DNA from: Candidatus Kaiserbacteria bacterium
Lineage (GTDB): Bacteria; Patescibacteriota; Minisyncoccia; Phycocordibacterales; UBA2100
Assembly: GCA_027083345.1 (NCBI GenBank)
Contig: JALWOZ010000010.1
Span: 7,301 to 71,300, forward strand
DNA: 64,000 nt
Reading direction: 5' to 3'
Shown: positions 1 to 9,985 of the stretch, piece by piece
Layout: each line of letters starts with the position of its first letter
How positions within the stretch are numbered: the stretch's first letter is position 1
The notes under the pieces: model-generated
Database searches by the model: none
Told to the model about the DNA's origin: nothing
The model's input: only the letters and a program-made list of their open reading frames with translations
Made by a program: the position numbers and the translations under genes

Positions 1-1
1 A

Positions 2-1456
2 GAAGAGCCCGAAGTAGCGAAAGAGCTTGAGGATCAATTTAACAAAGATGGTATTACCTTTATAGGCAATGCTTACATAAAAGAATTTACAAAAGATGGC
101 GAAGCTATTTTTGAAATAAAAAAAGAAGATAAAATTATAAATACAATTAAAATTCCTAATGACGCTGTTTTAATATCAATAGGTAGAATAGCAAATACTC
201 AGATAAACCTTGAGAAAGCTGGGGTAAAATATACAAAATATGGCATAACAACAAATAGGAAATATAGGACCAATATAAACCATATTTTTGCAATAGGCGA
301 TGTTACAGACAGGCTAAAATTTACTCATGTAGCAGATGATGCCGCCAGGAATGTAATAAAACAAATATTAATACCTTTACCTATTTTTACTAAAATAAGA
401 GTAGTACCTAAAGTTACTTACACCGATCCTGAACTGGCCCAAGTTGGTTTGTCCTATAAACAAGCGATAAAAGATTATGGAGAAAACTCAATAATAAAAA
501 TAGTAGTACCTTTTGCAAAGATAGTAGACAGATCCAGGATAGATGGTACAGGCGGAGTGCTAGTTATAATAGCTAAGCGGTTATCAGGTAGGATTCTAGG
601 AGGGCATATAGCACATGCACGCGGAGGAGATATGCTAGCCTTTTTAACTTTAGCTATTAAAAGTAGACAATCTATGTGGAAGTTAAATAATATGATATTC
701 CCTTACCCGAGTTACTCTCAAGTATTTAAAAAAGCATCGGACCAATTTTTAACAGAAACTATTAAAACTATTAAGGTAGACATATTAAACTTATTTAAAA
801 AACATTTTACTAAAATATCTGCTTTAATATTTTGGGGAATACTATTATATATATTTAACTCATATAAAGTGGCTCATGGTCTAGATACTAAAGAACTATC
901 CATAATGTTAGCCAGTTTTATCACTAGTACACTTTGGGGTCCCTTAATCTATATGCTATTTTATATATTTCGGCCACTTATACTCTTCCCCGCTGTATTG
1001 CTTACTACCCTGTCTGGGGTTATGTTTGGGTTTTGGGGAGGATTTATATTTACAATGATAGGAGAGAATCTCTCAGCCAGCTTTGTGTATTTAATAGGAC
1101 GTTTCTTTGGCAAAAATATACAATTTAAAGATACATTTATAGGGCCAATGGTTACTAAAATCTGCAACGAGACTTTTATATCTGTTTTACTAGCTCGTTT
1201 TTTGTTCTTCCCCTTTGATTTGACTAACTTAGCTTGTGGAGCCATGAAGGCCAGGTGGCGTAGTTACGCCCTAGCAACGTTCATAGGTATAATTCCAGGC
1301 ATGAGTACATTTATTGCTCTTGGAGCCAGTTTTGAGAATGTCTCTGACTTTGACTTATCTATGTTGCATATAAATAGTACGACCTTATTAGTCTCCATCA
1401 CTCTATTTGTTTTTACCTTAACATTAGCAAAAGCGTTACGTAAATATCATAAATAA
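2..1456 (+). CDS. 5'-partial FAD-dependent pyridine nucleotide-disulfide oxidoreductase (LpdA/MerA-like) fused to a C-terminal VTT/DedA (TVP38) membrane domain
   Basis: Frame is open from position 2 (EEPEVAKELE...SIGRIAN...IFAIGDV...FTHVA...VPKVTYTDPELAQVG), then a dimerisation domain (GRILGGHI, FPYPSYS) and a hydrophobic VTT domain (RPLILFP, ARFLFFPFD, IGIIPG). Confidence 0.85.
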   Translation, partial: EEPEVAKELEDQFNKDGITFIGNAYIKEFTKDGEAIFEIKKEDKIINTIKIPNDAVLISIGRIANTQINLEKAGVKYTKYGITTNRKYRTNINHIFAIGDVTDRLKFTHVADDAARNVIKQILIPLPIFTKIRVVPKVTYTDPELAQVGLSYKQAIKDYGENSIIKIVVPFAKIVDRSRIDGTGGVLVIIAKRLSGRILGGHIAHARGGDMLAFLTLAIKSRQSMWKLNNMIFPYPSYSQVFKKASDQFLTETIKTIKVDILNLFKKHFTKISALIFWGILLYIFNSYKVAHGLDTKELSIMLASFITSTLWGPLIYMLFYIFRPLILFPAVLLTTLSGVMFGFWGGFIFTMIGENLSASFVYLIGRFFGKNIQFKDTFIGPMVTKICNETFISVLLARFLFFPFDLTNLACGAMKARWRSYALATFIGIIPGMSTFIALGASFENVSDFDLSMLHINSTTLLVSITLFVFTLTLAKALRKYHK

Positions 1457-1462
1457 TAGAAA

Positions 1463-1915
1463 CTAAAGTACTTCAACATTCCTCTTTAGCCACATAAATA
1501 TAGCTAACGTAGCCAAACAAAAAGTAATGATGGCAGAGATGATGCAATAAAAGCAAAAAGCTTTAATTACAAAAGCTTGCAAGTATATAAAATATATAGA
1601 ATCTAAAGCTCCAAATATAGTCATTGCTAATACCACGTCTCTCAGTCTAGGTATACTCACTTTATATATAAGCAAAAGACTTATTATAAACATCACCATA
1701 TAAAACAACAACCCTAAATAAGCTAGTGGTACACCAAACATAACAGCATAAGGACTAGACTCAACAATGCCACAACCACTAAGTCCATTGCAAAACATCT
1801 TGTCTATATGCATATACCTCGTATAACTAAGATATATCGTATCTAATAAACCCAATAAACTAAAACCTAAAAATAAAGTATTTAGAGATGGTACTTGTAT
1901 TTTCTTAAAACTCAT
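1463..1915 (-). CDS. Vitamin K epoxide reductase (VKOR) family protein
   Basis: CNGLSGC loop cysteines, CFYC active site, 4-5 TM segments. Confidence 0.92.
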   Translation of the reverse strand: MSFKKIQVPSLNTLFLGFSLLGLLDTIYLSYTRYMHIDKMFCNGLSGCGIVESSPYAVMFGVPLAYLGLLFYMVMFIISLLLIYKVSIPRLRDVVLAMTIFGALDSIYFIYLQAFVIKAFCFYCIISAIITFCLATLAIFMWLKRNVEVL

Positions 1916-1918
1916 ATT

Positions 1919-2698
1919 TTATTTTCTTAATTTATAACCTGTTCTAAATATTACACTTATAATCACCATAAGAACTCCTGCTAGTATAGATATAAGTAAC
2001 ATAGACAATGCAGGATGCACATCTGTTATTCCATAAAAAGACCAACGCAAGCCATTTATCATATATACTAAAGGGTTAAACAGAGCTATATGTTGCCAAA
2101 AACTTGGAAGCATCTTCAAAGAATAAAATATACCTCCTAAAAACGACATGGGAGTAATAACAAAAGAAGGCACTAATTGAAACTGCTCAAAAGTGTTGGC
2201 CCATAAACCTACTATAAATCCAAATAAGGCAAATATCATAGACACTATTATAGAGAAAGATAATGCCCATATGGGGTGTAGGATGTGTAAAGGAGTAAAA
2301 AATAATGCTACTATAAAAATAATAAATCCTATCATCACTGCGCGAGTTGTAGCAGACAATATATAGCCTAATGTAATCTCTACATATGATAAAGGAGCAG
2401 ACAACATCTCATATATCGTATTAGTAAATTTAGCAAAAAATATGCCAGAAGCTGCTGCTGAAAAGCTATTAATTAATAAAGCCATCATTATAAGTCCGGG
2501 AACTATAAACTGCATATAAGACACACCATTTATTCCGCTGATCCTATTACCTAATGCTGCCCCAAATACTACAAAATATAAAGTAGTCGTAAGTACGGGG
2601 AAAGCTATAGACTGAAATATTACTCTTTTGGTACGCGACATCTCTTTTATATATATAGTCCAGAGCCCAAGCCAATTGATGTTTTTAAAATTACTCAT
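1919..2698 (-). CDS. ABC-2 type transporter permease (YadH-like)
   Basis: YMQFIVPGLIMM, FLGGIFY, NPLVYMINGLR motifs; 6 TM. Confidence 0.9.
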   Translation of the reverse strand: MSNFKNINWLGLWTIYIKEMSRTKRVIFQSIAFPVLTTTLYFVVFGAALGNRISGINGVSYMQFIVPGLIMMALLINSFSAAASGIFFAKFTNTIYEMLSAPLSYVEITLGYILSATTRAVMIGFIIFIVALFFTPLHILHPIWALSFSIIVSMIFALFGFIVGLWANTFEQFQLVPSFVITPMSFLGGIFYSLKMLPSFWQHIALFNPLVYMINGLRWSFYGITDVHPALSMLLISILAGVLMVIISVIFRTGYKLRK

Positions 2699-3425
2699 TT
2701 TTATCTTTTACTAAATTTACATAAATGTCTTCTAAACTTTTACCCTTATGCTCTGCAACTAGACTCTCTTTTTCTTTTATAAATTCTAATTTACCTTTGT
2801 TTATGAGGGCAACTCTATCAGAGAGTCTTTCAGCCTCCTCAAGATAGTGAGTGGTTAAGATTATCGTCATTCCTTCTTTATTTAGATCTTTAACTAAAGA
2901 TATTAACTCTCGCCTTAACTCTACGTCTACTCCGGCTGTTGGCTCGTCTAAAAACAAAACTTCTGGTTCACTGACTAGGGCACGAGCCAAAAGTACTCTC
3001 CTCTTCATACCGCCTGAGAGCTTGAATATCTTTTCGTCTTTCTTATTTAAGATAGATAACTTAGATAGTATCTCTTTATAAAGCTCTTCATCTTGTTTTT
3101 TACCAAAATAACCTCTAGTATATCTAAGTACATCTATAACAGTAGCAAAGTGTTCTAGAAATATCTCTTGTGGGACTAACCCTATTAATTGGCGAGAGTC
3201 TCTATAGTCTTTCTTAATATCGTAACCTCTAACGGTTACTGAGCCTTTAGTGGGTTCTACTAGACCACATATTGTATTTATAAGAGTAGTCTTACCGGCT
3301 CCATTAGGTCCTAATAGCGCAAGTATCTCCCCTTTATTTACTTGTAAAGTAACATTATCGAGAGCCATCAACTCTCGACGGGTGCCTTTATTATAAATCT
3401 TGGTTAAATTAGTAACTTTTATCAT
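2691..3425 (-). CDS. ABC transporter ATP-binding protein (YadG-like)
   Basis: Walker A GPNGAGKTT, LSGGMKRR signature, LDEPT, TTH. Confidence 0.95.
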   Translation of the reverse strand: MIKVTNLTKIYNKGTRRELMALDNVTLQVNKGEILALLGPNGAGKTTLINTICGLVEPTKGSVTVRGYDIKKDYRDSRQLIGLVPQEIFLEHFATVIDVLRYTRGYFGKKQDEELYKEILSKLSILNKKDEKIFKLSGGMKRRVLLARALVSEPEVLFLDEPTAGVDVELRRELISLVKDLNKEGMTIILTTHYLEEAERLSDRVALINKGKLEFIKEKESLVAEHKGKSLEDIYVNLVKDKNE

Positions 3426-3432
3426 CCTACCT

Positions 3433-3954
3433 TTACATAAATAAACTATATATAAAATGCACTGTTGGGTCTATATTGGGACCGTAAACAATACTTGCTC
3501 CCAATGCTCCTGTTATGGTTACAAGCACTAAGCCTACAACCGCCAAAAACAAGCGCACATTTGACAACATAACAAAATCTGCCAATTTACGACCATATTT
3601 AAATAATGAGTCAATGCTAGAATGTACCTTAATTAGCCGCTTACTCCAACCTAGAGCATCTAATACTCTCAATGTATAACCACCGGCCAATAACCCGAAT
3701 ACTGCTACAGTAAGTTGTGCAAATGTCTCGTGAACCTCAACTATATCCCCCTTGTCTACCAAATGACTAGCTATTCCGCCTGTTATTAGAGTAGGTAAGG
3801 CACTCAATATACCTAATATTATAAATACAGATTTAGTGTGCTCTATGCCAGTTCTAAACTTTTGGTTTTTTATAAATAGGGTGATAAATTCAAAAAAGAC
3901 AAATAAAACAAACAGGGCTATGGGGAAGTGCACAAACAAAGGATGAATATTCAT
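3433..3954 (-). CDS. DUF2231-like membrane protein
   Basis: IHPLFVHFPIAL N-terminus, conserved His (VHE), TGALGASIVY. Confidence 0.8.
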   Translation of the reverse strand: MNIHPLFVHFPIALFVLFVFFEFITLFIKNQKFRTGIEHTKSVFIILGILSALPTLITGGIASHLVDKGDIVEVHETFAQLTVAVFGLLAGGYTLRVLDALGWSKRLIKVHSSIDSLFKYGRKLADFVMLSNVRLFLAVVGLVLVTITGALGASIVYGPNIDPTVHFIYSLFM

Positions 3955-4041
3955 ATAGATTTTATTATATTTGATAATATATTAAACAATTGCCACTATA
4001 ATATCATATTACCAAATAAACACTAATGTAATCTTATTTTA

Positions 4042-4674
4042 TTATAGCTTAGGTTTATAAGTTTTAATAAAATACACTGCATACAAAAATACCGACACAC
4101 TAAACAATGACACGACTACTTGCGTCCAAATAGGTAATACCGAAGCATACGAAAACAAAAATGCAAATGGAGATATCCCTACTATAGTCGTCCATATAAA
4201 TGTCTTATACGATATGGACGAAAATAAGCCTAAAGCATAACTCATAATATCTACCGGCATAGCAGTACGTAATAAAATTATCACAAAATATAAATGAAGT
4301 TTAGAAGAGTGTACCTCCAGATCTTTAATCTTTTTGCATATATTTAATTGTTGCAATTTACCGTGCCCATATTCTCTAGCTAGATAAAAAGCTATTATAG
4401 AGCCAATAAACCAACCTGTTATAGAGTATATGGCAGTAATAAATGGCCCAAAAGAATTCGCTGCCAAAGGCACCAAAAAACCCGAGCCAAGAGGAGCTAC
4501 CACTATAGATAAAATAGTTATACCGATATAAGCTATTGGTGCAAACATACTAGCTTTAAGCATCAGATTCTTAAGGTCATCAGAGTATATCTGAGAGAAT
4601 TGAGCAAGAACTACAAAAACCACTATAGACAAAATTCCGAAGAATATATAATTTGTTAATTTAAATTTATCCAT
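4042..4674 (-). CDS. VTT/DedA (TVP38/TMEM64) family membrane protein
   Basis: GSIIAFYLAR, LRTAMPVDIMSYALG, TIVGISP. Confidence 0.85.
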   Translation of the reverse strand: MDKFKLTNYIFFGILSIVVFVVLAQFSQIYSDDLKNLMLKASMFAPIAYIGITILSIVVAPLGSGFLVPLAANSFGPFITAIYSITGWFIGSIIAFYLAREYGHGKLQQLNICKKIKDLEVHSSKLHLYFVIILLRTAMPVDIMSYALGLFSSISYKTFIWTTIVGISPFAFLFSYASVLPIWTQVVVSLFSVSVFLYAVYFIKTYKPKL

Positions 4675-5212
4675 TACATACTAAAGACTCATCCATCTTT
4701 TTAACTAAAGAATATATAGAATATAATAATAAAGCTATACCAATTAATCCTAATTCTTCTCCTCCTAAAGGTAAAAAACTTAGCAATGCTCCCGCTCCTA
4801 ATAAACTTAACAATGAGGTTACTACAAAACTACCGCAAGCAGCACAGCCTATACCCAAAAATCCCGCAACCAAACCTCCTATACCCGTACCGAAAATTGG
4901 AGTCATATTTTTGGTTAGTTTTTGTCGACGCCTAACATAAAACGCCAACAAAGTGATGTTAATAGCAAACAAAATGGCTATGGTTAAAGTATAAAAGGCT
5001 GAAAATAAAGTAAAGTTAGTAGTTATAGCTCCGTAAAATGAAGCTATAAATTTAATTTTCCCCAAAACGCTTAAAGAGTTACTAGAGGCGACTTTAAGCA
5101 TTAACTCTCTGTTGGGGAAGAGTAAAGAAACACTTATTATTATGCTAGCTATCATAAAAGCTAACAAAAAATATAGAGGCTTAATTAAAACTCTACCAAT
5201 GACTTTAATCAT
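4667..5212 (-). CDS. Membrane protein with GCAACG motif
   Basis: Hydrophobic ORF with a membrane-embedded CxxC; start placed at ATG 5212 just after the dsbA stop. Confidence 0.7.
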   Translation of the reverse strand: MIKVIGRVLIKPLYFLLAFMIASIIISVSLLFPNRELMLKVASSNSLSVLGKIKFIASFYGAITTNFTLFSAFYTLTIAILFAINITLLAFYVRRRQKLTKNMTPIFGTGIGGLVAGFLGIGCAACGSFVVTSLLSLLGAGALLSFLPLGGEELGLIGIALLLYSIYSLVKKMDESLVCNG

Positions 5213-5213
5213 A

Positions 5214-5939
5214 TTAATTATTACGTGCAAAGTCTAGCAATTGCTTTATAGCCTCTTTAGGTTGAGACCCATTTAATGGCAATGTCTTACCTGACGCTGT
5301 TATAACCACTCCCCAAGGAGTACCTCTACCACCAGTAGCTATAGCATTGTCTATATCGGCCTGTACATGTTTATCCATCTCTCCGCTAGATACACATTTA
5401 TCAAAATCACTTTTATTTACACCAGCTTCAGCTACTAAAGGAGGTACTACTTTATCATAAATGGTCCTATCATTAGATAATGTATCTCTAAAGTATCCAT
5501 CAGTAAACTTCCAAAAAGCATTATTACCACCAAGCTTATTAACGCATTCTGAAGCTACAGCAACCTTACGAGCATTACGAGGGTGCAATGAATCTAATGG
5601 GAAATGCCTATATACCCACGCCACATCCTTCTCTTCTTTTATTATTTCATTCATTGTACCGTGATGTCGTTTACAAAACGGGCATTCAAAGTCAGAATAT
5701 TCAACTATCGTAACCTTTGGATTTGTAGCGCCTTTGGTATGATCTGACTTATCTACCGGTCTTAATTTATTTGTAGTATCAACTTGTTGGTCATCAACAC
5801 TGGGAGCCACTGCCGTATTCGCACCTCTACCACCAGAAAAAAATACCGCTAAAGCTATAAATGCCCCCGCTATAACAATGGCTATGGGCACCGCATAACT
5901 ATTTTTTGTTTGTAATTTTTGTTCTTTTTGATTTTCCAT
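5214..5939 (-). CDS. Membrane-anchored DsbA-family thiol-disulfide oxidoreductase
   Basis: N-terminal TM, EYSDFECPFC, YRHFPL, cis-Pro GTP. Confidence 0.92.
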   Translation of the reverse strand: MENQKEQKLQTKNSYAVPIAIVIAGAFIALAVFFSGGRGANTAVAPSVDDQQVDTTNKLRPVDKSDHTKGATNPKVTIVEYSDFECPFCKRHHGTMNEIIKEEKDVAWVYRHFPLDSLHPRNARKVAVASECVNKLGGNNAFWKFTDGYFRDTLSNDRTIYDKVVPPLVAEAGVNKSDFDKCVSSGEMDKHVQADIDNAIATGGRGTPWGVVITASGKTLPLNGSQPKEAIKQLLDFARNN

Positions 5940-6052
5940 ATTATTTTACTATTTCTTAAATTTATTAATCTTAATTATAATTTTAACATACTTATTAACA
6001 TATATATTATTAAAATCCTTAATAACTCCAACTAATACTCTTCATAATAATT

Positions 6053-6469
6053 CTATACACTGCTTATTGCCCTTACCAATCTCTCTTGTGCGTTTAAAGC
6101 AACCTCGTCTAAACTTGCATTACCAACAGTCCTCATCATATTTACCGGTAGAACAGTCGAGACTCTTACCTCTCCAGCATCTTCATAAACTATTACATTA
6201 CATGGTAAAAATAGACCAATCTCCTTCTCTGCCCGCAACGCCCTGTCTGCTAATACTGGGTTACAAGCACCCAAGATAACGTAGTTGTCATACTCGGCTC
6301 CAATCTTCTCTTGCATTGTTGCCTTAATATCAATCTCAACCAATACTCCAAAGCCTTCAGTAGATAGTGCTTCTTTTACTTTCTCTACAGCCGTATTAAA
6401 GTCTAAATCAACACTTTTAGTGTGAGAGTAATCTGCATTATTTACACACTCTTTATTTGTATAATTCAT
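6053..6469 (-). CDS. DUF302 domain protein
   Basis: EGFGVLVEID, ILGACNP, IGLFLPCNV. Confidence 0.9.
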   Translation of the reverse strand: MNYTNKECVNNADYSHTKSVDLDFNTAVEKVKEALSTEGFGVLVEIDIKATMQEKIGAEYDNYVILGACNPVLADRALRAEKEIGLFLPCNVIVYEDAGEVRVSTVLPVNMMRTVGNASLDEVALNAQERLVRAISSV

Positions 6470-6489
6470 AATGTTTTTAATAATTTTTA

Positions 6490-8466
6490 TTAATTTAAAT
6501 TAACCCTCTTTAATAACATTGCATTTGCTACAACTATTACGGTTGAAAGACTCATGATAAATGCTCCTATCTCCGGTCTTAGATAAAACCCAGCAAATGC
6601 AAACACCCCCGCTGCAGCTGGTATAGCTACAATATTATAACCAAGCGCCCATATAAGATTTTCAACCATCTTTTTGTATACTGCTTTTGAGAGTTTAATT
6701 AATCGCACAATATCAAGCGGATTACTCCTGGTTAGCACCACATCCCCTGCCTCAACTGCCACATCAGTACCGGCCCCAATGGCTACACCAACATCAGCTT
6801 GGGTAAGTGCTGGAGCGTCATTAACTCCGTCTCCCACCATAAGCACCTTACTACCATCCTCCTGCAACTCTTTTATATATTTATATTTATCCTCCGGTAA
6901 TACGTCTGCATAATATTTATCTATGCCAAGCTCCCCTGCCACAGCCTGTGCTACTTGCGTATTATCCCCTGTGAGCATTACTGGAGTTACCCCCAACTCT
7001 TTTAACTGCTTTATTGCTTCTTTAGCCTCAGGCTTTATTGTGTCTGCCAAGAGTATAGTGCCTAGTAAATTCTCGATACTTGCTACATACACAATAGTGC
7101 CCTGCACATCCTCTTTAGGTACTTTGATATTATACTCCTCCATTAACTTGGCATTACCAACCAAATACTCCTTACCTCTCAATGAGCCAGTTAATCCCTT
7201 GCCTGCTATGTTTTTAAAATTCTCTACATCTTTAATGTCAACACCATCGTCTTTAGCCTTATTTACAATAGTCTGAGCAATAACGTGAGAAGAGTATTGC
7301 TCAAAAGAAGCCGCTACACACAACAGCTCTGCATAACTTACTCCCTCTTGAGGAGTTATACTAGCAATGCCAAATACTCCCTCTGTGAGGGTACCTGTTT
7401 TATCAAATACTACTACATTTGCCTTTTTAACCACCTCAAGTTTAGAGAGATCTTTAACGAAAAAGCCGCTCTTGGTAGAGAGACTTGTGGCTATTGTTGT
7501 AACAGTTGGTATCGCTAAGCCCAATGCATGAGGACAAGCAATAACAAGTACCGTTATAGCCAGCGTAACACCAAAGACAAAAGGTTGCCCAAGCAAGAAT
7601 GTCCACACAACTAGAGTAAGGAGCGCCGTGATACCAGCAACAACCGTTAGTACACTCGCAGCTTTATCTGCGAGTTTTTGTGAGGTTGGCTTGGTGTTTT
7701 GTGCTTGCTCTATCAGTTGCTGTATCTGCCCCACTGTAGAGTCAGCACCTACACGAGTCACACGCATAGTAAAGGTAGTATCTACTACTATTGATCCTGA
7801 GACCAAACCATCACCCACACCTTTATTAACCGGCTTAGACTCACCGGATATTAAAGATTCGTCTATGTGCCCCTCGCCTTTGGCGATCTCACCGTCTGCC
7901 GGTACTCTCTCTCCTGGCTTTATTAATACTATATCTCCAACTTTCAACTCTGAGACTTCAATATCTTTGACCTCTCCAGAGGAGGTTTGTAAATGCGCAA
8001 TTGAGGGTAAGAGCTTAGCCACCTCTTGCAAAGCATTACCCGCTGCTGAGCTAGATTTTGCCTCTAAATAATGCCCGAAGAGTAGCACCCATATTAAAGT
8101 TGAGATCTCAAGATAAAACTCAATCCCTAGTGATGGTACAAATGTAGATACCACGGAGAAAGCGTATCCAGCAAGTACAGCCATAGAGACGAGCGTCATC
8201 ATGCCTGGCTTTTTCATCTCAAGCTCCATCTTTGCATGCTTAAAGAAAACCAGAGAAAAGTAAAATATCACCGTAGCAAGTACAAATGATATATATCTGC
8301 CATACTCAAATACTGGTAACCCTAAAGCATTGGCCACCACCTCATTTAATCCAACCAGTGGTATGAGTAAGAAGGTTACAATCCAAAATTTGTGCAAAAA
8401 TTCATCGGCAGAGCCATGCCCCATCCCAGGTGATCCATGCTGACTATGACAAGAATGTTCTTTCAT
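6490..8466 (-). CDS. copB: Copper-translocating P1B-type ATPase (CopB-like)
   Basis: His-rich N-terminus, CPHALGL, DKTGT, GDGVNDAP, YN and MSLST motifs. Confidence 0.9.
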   Translation of the reverse strand: MKEHSCHSQHGSPGMGHGSADEFLHKFWIVTFLLIPLVGLNEVVANALGLPVFEYGRYISFVLATVIFYFSLVFFKHAKMELEMKKPGMMTLVSMAVLAGYAFSVVSTFVPSLGIEFYLEISTLIWVLLFGHYLEAKSSSAAGNALQEVAKLLPSIAHLQTSSGEVKDIEVSELKVGDIVLIKPGERVPADGEIAKGEGHIDESLISGESKPVNKGVGDGLVSGSIVVDTTFTMRVTRVGADSTVGQIQQLIEQAQNTKPTSQKLADKAASVLTVVAGITALLTLVVWTFLLGQPFVFGVTLAITVLVIACPHALGLAIPTVTTIATSLSTKSGFFVKDLSKLEVVKKANVVVFDKTGTLTEGVFGIASITPQEGVSYAELLCVAASFEQYSSHVIAQTIVNKAKDDGVDIKDVENFKNIAGKGLTGSLRGKEYLVGNAKLMEEYNIKVPKEDVQGTIVYVASIENLLGTILLADTIKPEAKEAIKQLKELGVTPVMLTGDNTQVAQAVAGELGIDKYYADVLPEDKYKYIKELQEDGSKVLMVGDGVNDAPALTQADVGVAIGAGTDVAVEAGDVVLTRSNPLDIVRLIKLSKAVYKKMVENLIWALGYNIVAIPAAAGVFAFAGFYLRPEIGAFIMSLSTVIVVANAMLLKRVNLN

Positions 8467-8468
8467 AA

Positions 8469-8918
8469 TTATTTAATCTTATTTTGAGTAGCAGATGTAT
8501 AATACAAATTGATAACATCCTCATGTTGCATTGAATAGTCTCCAAGCTCTGTACTCTCCTTACCATTAACAGTCATCTTCTCAAATTCACCAAAATCGCT
8601 CATCATATCCTTACCCCAAATTTTAAAGAATTCCTTCAATTTAACTTGATTTTTAGTTACACGACCTCCAAACTCCATATGTATTAACCCCTTATTACTA
8701 TCATCGTGAGTATGTATCGGATTGTGTACAGCTCCTATACCTATATTTGCTGGTATCTCCTGCTCCTCTCCATCTACAAATATATGCAGCTCTGGATGCC
8801 AATGTATGCCACGAGTAGTCACGACATTTGGATCACTATTTTGTAATTTTGCTGACCATGCAAACAAGCCAAATATTGCAATAATTGCTACGATTATCCA
8901 TATTGTTGTTTTTAACAT
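8469..8918 (-). CDS. Membrane-anchored His-motif protein, putative metal binding
   Basis: N-terminal TM; HWHPELH, IHTHD, IHME motifs; located in copper operon. Confidence 0.65.
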   Translation of the reverse strand: MLKTTIWIIVAIIAIFGLFAWSAKLQNSDPNVVTTRGIHWHPELHIFVDGEEQEIPANIGIGAVHNPIHTHDDSNKGLIHMEFGGRVTKNQVKLKEFFKIWGKDMMSDFGEFEKMTVNGKESTELGDYSMQHEDVINLYYTSATQNKIK

Positions 8919-8940
8919 AATTTTAAATTTATTATATTAA

Positions 8941-9177
8941 TTAGTTTTCTTTATCCGCCTCACTTTCTTGTGTAGACACTTTACCTTTATTACATGTGCA
9001 TCTCGTCTTGTACACATAATAACCAGCGCCTACCACTAATACCCAAAAGATTAAGTGTATAAAAAAACCAAAACCTCCCATATACATATAATGCCCCTGA
9101 CCCCAAGAGTCTCCCATCATATCTCCACCATAGTCATTATCTTGCTGCCCTCCATGTGCTTCTGCTATATTTAACAT
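8941..9177 (-). CDS. Small Gly/Met/His-rich membrane protein
   Basis: AHGG...GGDMMG...GHYMYMGG followed by one TM. Confidence 0.6.
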   Translation of the reverse strand: MLNIAEAHGGQQDNDYGGDMMGDSWGQGHYMYMGGFGFFIHLIFWVLVVGAGYYVYKTRCTCNKGKVSTQESEADKEN

Positions 9178-9210
9178 AATTTTATTTTATTAATTTTTTA
9201 ATTTTCTATA

Positions 9211-9660
9211 TTATTTTACATTTGGTACAGGACACTTGTCTTCGGCATATTCACAAAAGACACAACAATTTTTACTGTCTTTTGGTGTGCTTATTACCTC
9301 ACCGCATCCATTACATTTATAGAATGGTTGACAATTGTTGGTGGGGATAGTCTCAACTTGCACATGTCCACACTTTGGACAAGTTATTTTGGTTTTTTTA
9401 TCTTTAATGTTGTCCTCTCGCTCCTTCTGTAACTCACAACTTGCACATTTACCTGTTTTATATTTATAAAATGAATAAATAGTTACCACCACCATAACTG
9501 CAAGAGCTGGTAAAAGGACATAATCTAAATATGGCGTAAATACACTCAAACCAATTGCCGCCAGCAATATTACTAGAACAGGAGTAAAGCAACAAAGGGC
9601 TATAGCGATAGTGCCGCCTATTACTCCGTATAATTTTCTTTTAGCTTTTTTCTTATTCAT
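9211..9660 (-). CDS. MerF-like transporter fused to a Cys-rich GDCCVxC-type domain
   Basis: ALCCFTPVLVILL...YLDYVLLPAL (MerF), then CPKCGH...CQPFYKCNGCG...NCCVFCEY...KCP. Confidence 0.8.
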   Translation of the reverse strand: MNKKKAKRKLYGVIGGTIAIALCCFTPVLVILLAAIGLSVFTPYLDYVLLPALAVMVVVTIYSFYKYKTGKCASCELQKEREDNIKDKKTKITCPKCGHVQVETIPTNNCQPFYKCNGCGEVISTPKDSKNCCVFCEYAEDKCPVPNVK

Positions 9661-9663
9661 ATG

Positions 9664-9945
9664 CTACCTTTTTAATTTATAAACTTTCAACACTTCATTT
9701 ATCGCTCTGTTTTCTTCACTCTTCCTCCCGCTTTGCATCTGATCTTTAACACATGTATGCAAATGTTGCTCCAATATTGTGTCTTCAAAAGAGCGTAACG
9801 CATTACGCACTGCACTAGTTTGGGTTATTAAATCTATACAATAGCGACCATCGGTAACCATCTTTTGCAATCCTCGCACCTGCCCTTCAATCTTCTTAAG
9901 ACGTATACTGTACTTCTTTTTGTCTGCTTTTGAATAATCCATCAC
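9664..9945 (-). CDS. csoR: CsoR/RcnR-family metal-sensing repressor
   Basis: RLKKIEGQVRGLQKM, RYCID, HLHTC ligand set. Confidence 0.92.
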   Translation of the reverse strand: MMDYSKADKKKYSIRLKKIEGQVRGLQKMVTDGRYCIDLITQTSAVRNALRSFEDTILEQHLHTCVKDQMQSGRKSEENRAINEVLKVYKLKR

Positions 9946-9949
9946 AAAT

Positions 9950-9976
9950 CAGTATACCCCCTAAGGGTATATACTG
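9950..9976. promoter_or_regulatory. CsoR operator overlapping the csoR -10 box
   Basis: CAGTATACCCCCTAAGGGTATATACTG: inverted repeats with C/G tracts typical of CsoR operators; TATACT on the minus strand at 9956-9951. Confidence 0.8.
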
Positions 9977-9985
9977 CAAATGTAC

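Noticed and set aside
2-760. Mercuric reductase MerA
   Set aside because: No C-terminal Cys-Cys pair, and the N-terminal redox motif lies outside the window.
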